NCBI GenBank assembly: GCA_049472395.1
Contig: JBLIRR010000037.1
Coordinates: 20 to 64,019 of the forward strand
DNA: 64,000 nucleotides
Direction: 5' to 3'
From: a bacterium
GTDB taxonomy: Bacteria > SZUA-182 > DTGQ01 > JBLIRR01
This document shows positions 51,070-59,455 of the stretch, in pieces. Positions within the stretch are counted from its first letter, which is position 1. Each line of letters opens with the position of its first letter. Both the position numbers and the translations under genes were made by a program. Below the pieces are notes generated by a model, which worked only from the letters and a program-made list of their open reading frames with translations, was not told the DNA's origin and did no database searches.

Positions 51070-51651
51070 ATGATGCTTTATCTACTACGCCATGGTCAGG
51101 TGGAAGAACGCTATCAAGAGTGTTACAATGGCTGGCTCGATGTAGCCCTTAGCTCCGAAGGCCAAGAAGAGGCCAAGACGCTCGCCAGATGCCTTTCCCA
51201 TATCCAGTTTGATGCGGTCTACTGCTCTGATCTTTTCCGCTGCAAAAGAAGCATCGCCTATTTTGATTCAGAATACGTGATATACGATATTAATCTCAGG
51301 GAAAAGCACTGGGGGGAGTGTGAAGGGCTGGACTATGAGACTGTTTGCCAGAAACTGAGGATCAAATACGTGAGTTTTTACCAGTGGATCAGGGATATGG
51401 GGGGTGAAAGCCTTGAGGAGTTCAAGGCCCGAATCACATCGGTCTTTTTTGAAAGAATCATTCCTTCTGGCGGTGAGAAGGTCCTGGTGATGACTCATGC
51501 CGGCGTAATCCGTATGCTACTTTCTATCGTCACGGGTGAAAGTATTGAAGCATGTTTTAATCTTGCCGTTCCGACCGCGTGCTATACTATAATCGAAAAA
51601 AAGCCAGTCGGATGGATTGTCCATAAAGTAGGAGTACAATATAGCGTTTAG
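51070..51651 (+). CDS. cobC: Histidine-phosphatase-family protein, probable alpha-ribazole-5'-phosphate phosphatase
   Basis: LYLLRHGQ (RHG motif) at the N-terminus and a later catalytic His in MTHAG. Divergent from the cob operon. Confidence 0.6.
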   Translation: MMLYLLRHGQVEERYQECYNGWLDVALSSEGQEEAKTLARCLSHIQFDAVYCSDLFRCKRSIAYFDSEYVIYDINLREKHWGECEGLDYETVCQKLRIKYVSFYQWIRDMGGESLEEFKARITSVFFERIIPSGGEKVLVMTHAGVIRMLLSIVTGESIEACFNLAVPTACYTIIEKKPVGWIVHKVGVQYSV

Positions 51652-52231
51652 AGATAATTATAAGTAGTTAGGGGGGTGTCAGCGCGGATTGTTTTCCTAA
51701 GTCCTCTAAAAGCGGTCAATTTGGCTGATTTTAGACAAGGATATCCTGTTAACTGTTTAAACGGATCTTCGTTGATATTTTCCTCTCCGTTGAAGCCCTC
51801 TTGAATATAAGAGTAAGTAATAGAAGCTTCACTGTCTTCGAATCCCTGAATGTATATTTCCTCCGATATATTATTCAAATTGCGTCAACTGTCCCCTTAT
51901 TATGAAAGATCGTTACTTAAAAAGATAAAAAGCTAATAAGCGGGAAACTCAACTAATTCTTAAAATGCCGTAATCTCAAGGAAGGATTTGCACAAGTATT
52001 ATGTCCGGCCTGTGCTCATGAATGCCTATAGGCTTTTACTGACAGATAAAGAAATCATTTACAGATATAACATCCTCATGTTACTTAGGAGACTCTTTAG
52101 GCTTGATGTTGATGACAGATGCCTGATAAAAGCATGGATTTATATGGAAACCATTCATAATTTTGAGGAAACAGTAACCACTATATATATCATTTTTAAA
52201 TAAAATTATTATACCAATTGATGATCGAGGA

Positions 52232-53731
52232 ATGATGCTCATCAATTATGCCGGTGGATGGCGAAACACTTTTACTCATTATTCCTTTAAATATATCTTT
52301 GACACTCTGACATCCTCTGATTATGAGGAATTAACTCAATTAAAAGATGCTATTATTATAGTGAGTAATGCTGCCTCCGGATATGATATTAAACCCATAC
52401 CTATTGAAAATAATTATCCTGGAGGAGGTATTTATGCCAATATTATCAATACTATCCTTACTGGGAATTTTCTTACAGAAGTGACTCCTTCAATGAATAT
52501 AATCATTATTTTTGTTATTAGTATTATTATCTCTTTATGCGGACTGTTTACCAATTGGCCCCTTAAAATACTATCGTTTATTCTTCTACTAAGCGGATAT
52601 ACTGTAATCAGTTTTTATGTATTTAAATCTTTCGGTATAGTCCTGCAGGTTGTATCTCCCTCCATAGCGATACTTTTAAGCAGCATGTTTGTCTCCTTTT
52701 ATCAGATACAATCTCAAAGGGGAGTGATCCTCAGTTTAAGTAAAGAGAAAAAAGAACTCGAAGAGGAATTAGCTTGTATTGGTACTAAAATTATAGAAAA
52801 GAATAATAAGATTTCAAGCCTAATGACTAAATTAACAGATAAAAATAATCACAACACTATTCAGCAATTAAAAGATGAGTTGCGTACGGAAAAGGATGAA
52901 AAGGAAAATCTTGAGAAAGAAAAGATAATGCTCATTCGTAAGCTCTCTCCTCTTGAAATTGAGGATTTGCGGAAAGAGGCTGAAAGGTTTCATATTATTA
53001 CGAGAGACAGAGGTCTTTTAGAGGCATTTGATCTTGGCAGAAGGGTCGCGTCATCAGATCATGGCGTATTGTTATTAGGGGAATCAGGGACAGGAAAAGA
53101 GCTCTTTGTCAATGCAATTCACGCCATGAGCAGAAGAAACCGAAGGACATTGGTTAAGGTGAATGTTGCCTCAATCGTGCCAACCCTTGCCGAAAGCGAA
53201 CTTTTTGGACATGTAAAAGGTGCTTTTGCAGGGGCTGATAGAGATAGGCAAGGACTATTTGAAAAGGCAGATAAGGGAACAATTTTTCTCGATGAGATTG
53301 GTGATCTTTTCCCTGATATACAGGCTAAGCTTCTTAGAATATTACAAGATGGGGAGATACGACCGGTTGGAAGCTCAACCTCTGTCTATATAGATGTAAG
53401 GGTAATAGCAGCTACTGACAAAAATCTCGATATGGAGGTAAGGGCCGGAAGATTCAATAAGGCCCTTTTTGCACGATTAAACAGATATCCTATTATTCTT
53501 CCTCCTTTAAAGGAGAGAGCAGAGGATATACCCTACCTTGTTGATGCCTTTATCAGAAGACATAAAGAAGGTAGGGATATTTCAGGGATTTCAAAAGAGG
53601 CTATTGAAATCCTCTACAATCATTCTTGGCCTGAAAATGTTCGGCAGTTAGAGAATGTGATTATAAGGAGCCTTATAAATACGCAGAATATAATACTTCA
53701 AAGCGATGATATCCAATATGCAATAAAATAG
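52232..53731 (+). CDS. Sigma-54-dependent activator: short CHASE2-like/TM N-terminus + AAA+ domain, ending at an in-frame TAG
   Basis: Three to four TM helices, then the Walker A motif GESGTGKE. GAFAGA (a variant of GAFTGA), arginine-finger region and ESELFGH. There is no HTH before the stop. Confidence 0.65.
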   Translation: MMLINYAGGWRNTFTHYSFKYIFDTLTSSDYEELTQLKDAIIIVSNAASGYDIKPIPIENNYPGGGIYANIINTILTGNFLTEVTPSMNIIIIFVISIIISLCGLFTNWPLKILSFILLLSGYTVISFYVFKSFGIVLQVVSPSIAILLSSMFVSFYQIQSQRGVILSLSKEKKELEEELACIGTKIIEKNNKISSLMTKLTDKNNHNTIQQLKDELRTEKDEKENLEKEKIMLIRKLSPLEIEDLRKEAERFHIITRDRGLLEAFDLGRRVASSDHGVLLLGESGTGKELFVNAIHAMSRRNRRTLVKVNVASIVPTLAESELFGHVKGAFAGADRDRQGLFEKADKGTIFLDEIGDLFPDIQAKLLRILQDGEIRPVGSSTSVYIDVRVIAATDKNLDMEVRAGRFNKALFARLNRYPIILPPLKERAEDIPYLVDAFIRRHKEGRDISGISKEAIEILYNHSWPENVRQLENVIIRSLINTQNIILQSDDIQYAIK

Positions 53732-53845
53732 GAGTTATATACTGGATATGATAAACAGAATAAAAAAAATAATGATACCATAGATGAGGTTCGGGAACAA
53801 AAAGAGTGTATAGTCATAATAAAAAAACCTACCGAATATCACAAC

Positions 53846-54196
53846 TTGATTGGAGAATTGAGAAAGGTAAAATTCCGTATAAAAGAGGCTGCCAAAGTTT
53901 TGGATATGAGTAGAAACACTGTCACAGATCATTTAAAGGGTATATGCTTTAAATATCTTGTTGATCATAATAAGAAAATAAAAGATGCAGCCATTGCTAT
54001 TGCTGGTGATCCAAACATTTCACATACAGTAGAGAAAAAAATCAAAAAGCATTATGAAAATTTGCAATCCAACATTAAAGACTGTAATAATGCGGATAAA
54101 GCGAAACAGAAATGTAAAAGGATATATAAAAATATTCCTAATGAATATAATAATTATATTGAAATATTAGTGGATCACTTTTTTTCCCTCAAATGA
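53846..54196 (+). CDS. Fis-type HTH fragment, in frame with the preceding activator (probable 3' part of a split gene)
   Basis: KEAAKVLDMSRNTVTDHLKG matches the Fis-family HTH of NtrC-type activators. The whole 53732..53845 gap is open in the same frame as 52232..53731. Confidence 0.5.
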   Translation: MIGELRKVKFRIKEAAKVLDMSRNTVTDHLKGICFKYLVDHNKKIKDAAIAIAGDPNISHTVEKKIKKHYENLQSNIKDCNNADKAKQKCKRIYKNIPNEYNNYIEILVDHFFSLK

Positions 54197-54300
54197 AGTC
54201 CATTTTGTAGACAGATGACATGCTGAAATACTCAAAAACCATCCCAAATTCCCCTCCTTCTATTGGATTAGAAGTCTTTACAGGCCATGGGGCACTAATT

Positions 54301-55293
54301 TCATGGAAAACCTTTTGGTGGCGGTGGAGGTATCAAGATAGCTTTATATAGAGGTGCATCCGCCATTGCATCTTCTAATGTTGCATAATATGTTTGTTGA
54401 GGCTTGGAGTTACCATATAGAGATCTCTCTGTACTAGCAGAGTACCGAACAGTAATTTTGACCTTAAAGGTATCTCCGGAGGCATTATCGATTTTAATGG
54501 TGGTAGTGCCAACATCTTCAGCTTTAAAGTAGAACATGTGGTAACCATCTCCATAAAACCATTCATTTCTTTTCTTGACTACACCATCATCAAGTTCATC
54601 TGTGTCGAGCACCAAGTCATATCCACCATCACTAGATGGTTTCTCTGATGCCAGAAAAATTGCTATCATCTCACCTTTATCAACGTTGATCTCTGATCCA
54701 TCATCATTTTCATCTAGCTTTATGTCAGCAGTTGTATAGGCTAAAGGCAAATTAGGTATATCCCACCCACTAGAATATGAGTATACTGATAGAGGAGTAT
54801 CTGCCATTGCATCTTCTAATGTTGCATAATATGTGTTGTGGTATGATGGGGGATCAAGAGGATATAGAGAATAGGGTCTATATGTATTATAAGAGTTGAT
54901 AAAGGATGAAGGAAACCCATAAAATGCACTTCCCCGAGAAGGGTAAATGGGCGATGTTTCAATATTCAACCATGGACTCCGGTTACCCCCTATATTAACC
55001 CCACCTATATACAATCCACCCCCTATATTAACTTCACCTATATAAACGCTAGGTTCAGGCATAAATGTGGGAGCTGGTATGGGAGGTATAAGGCTTCCGT
55101 ATCCTCCATAAGATCCATATCCATATTGATATTGAGATGTAATTGGATAACTCCCAGAGTATGGATACGATTGAGATGTATATGAATACCCTGATGGGAA
55201 TCCACCATAATATGAATACCCTTTAGAGGTAAGGAATAGTAAAGAAAAAACAAAAAAACAAAGCAAGATAACTGTTTTGTAAAACTTTTTCAT
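54301..55293 (-). CDS. Secreted Tyr/Gly/Ser-rich protein with internally duplicated TYYATLEDAMAD motif
   Basis: Signal peptide. Low-complexity SYPYSGSYP.../GYGSYGGYG region. Two copies of QTYYATLEDAMAD(T/A)PL. Confidence 0.5.
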   Translation of the reverse strand: MKKFYKTVILLCFFVFSLLFLTSKGYSYYGGFPSGYSYTSQSYPYSGSYPITSQYQYGYGSYGGYGSLIPPIPAPTFMPEPSVYIGEVNIGGGLYIGGVNIGGNRSPWLNIETSPIYPSRGSAFYGFPSSFINSYNTYRPYSLYPLDPPSYHNTYYATLEDAMADTPLSVYSYSSGWDIPNLPLAYTTADIKLDENDDGSEINVDKGEMIAIFLASEKPSSDGGYDLVLDTDELDDGVVKKRNEWFYGDGYHMFYFKAEDVGTTTIKIDNASGDTFKVKITVRYSASTERSLYGNSKPQQTYYATLEDAMADAPLYKAILIPPPPPKGFP

Positions 55294-55506
55294 TGCCTAA
55301 CTCTCCTTATAACTTGTTGAAATTAACATGTTTATGTATAATGCAATACTAGTACCATAAATTCAGATATTCATAAATATCGTTTTTTTTCTAATAACAG
55401 ATATGCTTTATTTGTATTTTCTGTCTATATATTTTCATACTAATATTAATATACCGGCTGTTTATATAATTATCAACAAATTAATGCACTTTCTATCTCT
55501 TTTAGC

Positions 55507-55536
55507 GTTAATTCCCCGCAGGTTGCTGCGGGGTAG
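55507..55536 (+). repeat. Solitary CRISPR-repeat-like palindromic element, copy A (GTTAATTCCCCGCAGGTTGCTGCGGGGTAG)
   Basis: A diverged second copy is at 59291..59321 with compensatory stem changes. No spacer array and no cas genes in the window. Confidence 0.5.
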
Positions 55537-55868
55537 TTCATTATCTAATATGCATTAGGAAATATTAGTTGATTCTTCTAATAAAATCTTATATAAATCT
55601 TATAATTTTTTCTCCTCCCTAATCTATTGTTTTAAATTTATAGATAGAGGTCTTTAAATTATTCCCTTATTTTATCTTTAAACTTTTTTTTAGATAATAG
55701 TTTATTGAATTTTTAATGGCCACTCAGGGTTCAATGTTTGAATTATTTTATTATTATCTTCTCACATAAAATTACTTAATGCTCAACAGGTTTTTACTCC
55801 AAAAAATCCGCACTACGGATTAGAAGTCCGTAGGTCGTTTATAGTCTCTTTTCTATCATTTTTTTTCC

Positions 55869-56069
55869 TTAGAATGTATGTTCACCCGCCGGAATCGCTG
55901 CAATACAAACAATGATCTTTGCCCATTGATTGATCATATTACGATTAGGCATGTATTCAAAATCAGCCAGCGATTCCGGTCGGTGTGCAGCAGATTTGTT
56001 GTACGCTGTTATCATCAGAGAGATACCAATTATTGATAATAATACTGTTATTCCATTTCTGGTAAACAT
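55869..56069 (-). CDS. Small membrane protein (hypothetical)
   Basis: 66-aa ORF with two hydrophobic helices. Weak. Confidence 0.25.
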   Translation of the reverse strand: MFTRNGITVLLSIIGISLMITAYNKSAAHRPESLADFEYMPNRNMINQWAKIIVCIAAIPAGEHTF

Positions 56070-56136
56070 CTATACTAAATTTGTCAATGTTAACTAACTC
56101 AGCTATTATTGAATCTCATTTTTAAAATAAGATAAC

Positions 56137-56406
56137 TTATTTAAAAAGGTCAGAGTGTGAGCCAGTCCTTTCAAAGATGATTTCTTCTTTTGTTGTTTTA
56201 TAAATAAGTAACCAATCCGGCTCAATGTGATATTCCCTTCTGCCTTTATAATTTCCAATTAGTTGAGGTTCTCGAAATCTTCTTTCAAGTGGCTTCTCAT
56301 TAACAAGTTGTATAATTACCTGTCTTAATTTTTCGATCTCTTTCCCTCTTTTTTGGACCTTTTTTAGATCCTTATGAAATTGCTTTGTATATGCAGGCTT
56401 TAGCAT
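56137..56406 (-). CDS. yafQ: Type II toxin, RelE/ParE superfamily (YafQ-like mRNA interferase)
   Basis: ...YKGRREYHIEPDWLLIYKTTKEEIIFERTGSHSDLF aligns closely with E. coli YafQ (…WKGYRDAHVEPDWILIYKLTDKLLRFERTGTHAALF). It abuts the antitoxin stop. Confidence 0.8.
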   Translation of the reverse strand: MLKPAYTKQFHKDLKKVQKRGKEIEKLRQVIIQLVNEKPLERRFREPQLIGNYKGRREYHIEPDWLLIYKTTKEEIIFERTGSHSDLFK

Positions 56407-56667
56407 TTATATCTTTAACTTTTCGAACATTTCATTTATATTAGAACAATGAATAACGTTTTTATCAGCATCTGTATCTTCAAAAACTTCTTTTGTTGTT
56501 TCGTTAGGGATGACTACAGGGAATGGTAGGCCCCGTCTTAATTTTACTTGATGATAAAATATATTAATTGCTTCTGTTGTAGATATGCCCAATTCTCGAA
56601 AAAGGTTTTCCACTTCTTTCTTTAAGTCAGGCTCAATTCTTGCTCTAACTGTTGCTGTTTTATTCAT
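56407..56667 (-). CDS. dinJ: Type II antitoxin, DinJ/RelB family
   Basis: MNKTATVRARIEPDLKKEVENLFRELGIS... matches DinJ (…VRARIDEDLKNQAADVLAGMGLT…). RBS AAGGAGG. Confidence 0.8.
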   Translation of the reverse strand: MNKTATVRARIEPDLKKEVENLFRELGISTTEAINIFYHQVKLRRGLPFPVVIPNETTKEVFEDTDADKNVIHCSNINEMFEKLKI

Positions 56668-56974
56668 TTTTAAATCCTCCTTTTTTTAAAGTAGCCCATA
56701 TGGGCTACTTTGTCAAATCTTAATCTAAAATAAAGGGAGGATTATGCATTATCTATTTGTTTTTTTACTAAAAATTGAATAAAATCACATATAAAATTAA
56801 ATTAGAAACTCACTACATAATTTTACTCGCAACATAAGAGCGCCTTGAACTAATCCTTTATTTGTTCTGCAATTTTTTATAAATCAAATAGTTCATTAAA
56901 CATCTTAATTTTTACAAATATATATTTTAAAATTTTCTTCTTATAAACTATTCTTATTTATGTAACCTTTCTGC

Positions 56975-57640
56975 TTAGAAAATGCATTTTGATACAAAAA
57001 AACAAATTCCAATGGAGGCATAGTGAGACCTGACAGCTTCTTTAAGAGTAACTGGTGGATCGCTATAGCGAACACCTGCTGGGCATTGAACTTGGTCGAT
57101 TGCCTGCTTTGGAAACTTCGGCAAACCATTATCTTCAGCTAATTTAGTCAGCTTTAAAAGATCTTGGCTATGAGGAAAAGCCTTTCCTTTGTATTTCAAA
57201 TAAGATTTTAAAAGTTTTTCAGAAAACTGTAATGATGACCATTTTGAAAGACCATATTGCGGATTTTCATATTTATCTATGTCAGCATCACAGACAAAAT
57301 ATACAGAGCCAAAAATTTTAGGAAAGACAACTTTCCAAGGATCATTTTTTATTAAAATAACTCCACTTCCAATTCCTATCTCAGCTTTTAACCTATCACC
57401 ATATCTTTTCTCATACCAATTTTGAATATGGTTGGAAAGACTATTGCCCGAGAAATCATTTGGATTCGCATTTTCATATAATGGTACTAACGGAAGACTG
57501 ATTTTTAATCTTTTTCCTATTTCAATAGGCGCATGGATTGGTCGATTATAGATAGGAATAATCTTCTTTCTCAGATAATCGTCGATTTCCTCCATAAGAG
57601 ATTGAAACTCTAAAGCTGTTTTAGGAACCTCTGTAATCAT
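56975..57640 (-). CDS. Hypothetical protein (221 aa), no recognisable domain
   Basis: Long ORF with typical coding composition inside the AT-rich island. Confidence 0.45.
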   Translation of the reverse strand: MITEVPKTALEFQSLMEEIDDYLRKKIIPIYNRPIHAPIEIGKRLKISLPLVPLYENANPNDFSGNSLSNHIQNWYEKRYGDRLKAEIGIGSGVILIKNDPWKVVFPKIFGSVYFVCDADIDKYENPQYGLSKWSSLQFSEKLLKSYLKYKGKAFPHSQDLLKLTKLAEDNGLPKFPKQAIDQVQCPAGVRYSDPPVTLKEAVRSHYASIGICFFVSKCIF

Positions 57641-58192
57641 ATTTTTTTCATACAGAAAAGCTCACCGGCAGAAACCGATGATAAAACAAAGTGTTATCTT
57701 TAACAAATAATTATTTTTTTTTTTAAGATATCAAGAAAAATTCAAGAATACCTAAATAAGGATAAGGAAATACTTAAAGCATCGCAAAGATAAGTTTTTA
57801 GGTATTCTATGAAACATTTATAACGTTTGTTGGTTTTACCCTATATCAAGCCATTCACGTTCAGCAACAGATTGAAGATATTCTCTTTGTACCTCAAAGG
57901 AATATCCTTCTTTGGCTTGGTCTTCGAGGATATTATTCTCTCCTGTATTCTCTCTTCTTCTTTTTTATTGCACATCTCCTTATTTTTTGATATATTTTTC
58001 TATGCATATTTTTATGATAATTAACCTTTTTTTCTCTAGCTAAAATAGTAAAAGGAGGTGATATAAAAAAAATACAATAAATAGTAGTCAGGCAGGTAAG
58101 TTTTTCTTGATATTTAATTTAAGAATTTAGTATCCAAACTTATCTGAGTATTAAATCTTATTATTTTAAATACGGTTAAGGGAGATATTTTT

Positions 58193-58660
58193 ATGAATAA
58201 AAAAATTACATATTTTTATATAATAGCTATTTTTATAAGTTTAGCTTTAATTAGTACAAAAGCAATAGCTGCACCAACACCTCAAATGGTTAAAGAAGTT
58301 ATTGATTATTATTACAACGGTCAGAAAAGTGGACCAATATTGATGGAAGCAAAACTATGTAGGTCTATAGAAGATAATGAATGTATCGAAGAGATAAATA
58401 CTAAGGCTGTTCCTATAGGTGAAGCGACAAAAGTCTGGATGAAATTTTTAGTTCCAAGAGAGGCTTCTTATGATGATATTTTCGTAGAATATAAATATCA
58501 GGGAGTGCCCAGGCAACTATCTCCTTATAAAGTTGAGGGTTCTATTCGCTACAGAGTAATAAGTACTTTTAGACCTAATAAGGTTGGCGAGTGGACTATT
58601 ATTATTAAAAGAGGAAATAATGATTTAAAGGAATTTTCTATAAATGTAGTAGAAAAATAA
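58193..58660 (+). CDS. Secreted hypothetical protein
   Basis: RBS AAGGGAG. Signal peptide MNKKITYFYIIAIFISLALISTKAIA. Confidence 0.5.
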   Translation: MNKKITYFYIIAIFISLALISTKAIAAPTPQMVKEVIDYYYNGQKSGPILMEAKLCRSIEDNECIEEINTKAVPIGEATKVWMKFLVPREASYDDIFVEYKYQGVPRQLSPYKVEGSIRYRVISTFRPNKVGEWTIIIKRGNNDLKEFSINVVEK

Positions 58661-58668
58661 ATTTATAG

Positions 58669-58745
58669 ATACCCACGGGCCCACGCCCGTGGTACTTTAA
58701 AGGAATATTCTTACTCTCAGAGCATTCACCCCTGGGCTTACGCCC
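58669..58745. repeat. Pair of related GC-rich hairpins (CCACGGGC-ccac-GCCCGTGG and CCCTGGGC-ttac-GCCCAGGG)
   Basis: Two hairpins with 8-bp stems and 4-nt loops sit about 40 bp apart. They differ by compensatory base pairs. They lie between convergent genes in very AT-rich DNA. Confidence 0.45.
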
Positions 58746-58943
58746 AGGGTCCTCTGCTTATTTTGATAGTAAAATATAATAAAAATAACCCGTTACTATC
58801 AGGCTCTTTACACACTTTTAAAAATTTTGTTATAAGACATTGATTTTATTGACTATAAAATTGGACATTCAAAATAGTCCAGAATCCCTGCTAAATATAG
58901 AAAATGAATGTCCAATTATCGAAAGGCTGTAAAGAGCCTGTTA

Positions 58944-59276
58944 TTACTTAAAAATATCTATTAAAATCAATATCACTAGACAACCAAAAAAAATAGAAAT
59001 CGATAGATAGAATTTCTTAATAATCGGTCTAATCGCTTTCTTTTTTTCAATTATTTCTTCTGTGTCTAGATTATCTTCCCTCATAATATAACGACATATC
59101 TTGATATTATTATAGCCTGTTCCAAAACGAAATGATTCAACTTTCTCATTTGGTAACAGTCTGAGTAATCCCTTGGCTTTTATATTTCCTAGGAGCAACA
59201 TGATAATACCATAAATAAAAGCTATAACAGAAATAACCATAACAATAAATGTAATCATAATGTACTGTAGCTTCAC
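58944..59276 (-). CDS. Small 2-TM membrane protein, candidate immunity protein for the upstream RHS toxin
   Basis: Immediately 3' of the RHS gene on the same strand. Two TM helices (IMITFIVMVISVIAFIYGIIMLLL and LSISIFFGCLVILILI). Confidence 0.45.
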   Translation of the reverse strand: MKLQYIMITFIVMVISVIAFIYGIIMLLLGNIKAKGLLRLLPNEKVESFRFGTGYNNIKICRYIMREDNLDTEEIIEKKKAIRPIIKKFYLSISIFFGCLVILILIDIFK

Positions 59277-59290
59277 TACACTATTTATAT

Positions 59291-59321
59291 TAATCCCCTT
59301 AGGGTTTAATTCCCCGCCGCT
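59291..59321 (+). repeat. Solitary CRISPR-repeat-like palindromic element, copy B (GTTTAATTCCCCGCCGCTTGCGGCGGGGTAG)
   Basis: Same flanks (GTT(T)AATT...GGGGTAG) as copy A. The stem is CCCCGCCGC/GCGGCGGGG here and CCCCGCAG/CTGCGGGG in copy A. Confidence 0.5.
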
Positions 59322-59455
59322 TGCGGCGGGGTAGTTTATTTCTATTTATACAATAAATTAAATAATAAAATATTATAATAAATACAATAATACTTAAATA
59401 ATATTAATTAAAAATAGTAATAAATATTTATTTTTCATATAAAGGAAACTTTATT

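Noticed and set aside
51988-52203. ORF 51988..52203 as the missing N-terminal sensor of the sigma-54 activator
   Set aside because: It is not in frame, and its sequence does not resemble a CHASE2 domain.
55507-59321. CRISPR array
   Set aside because: There are only two repeat-like units and they are 3.7 kb apart. There are no regularly spaced spacers and no cas genes in the window, so this is not an array, and they are reported as solitary repeat-like elements instead.
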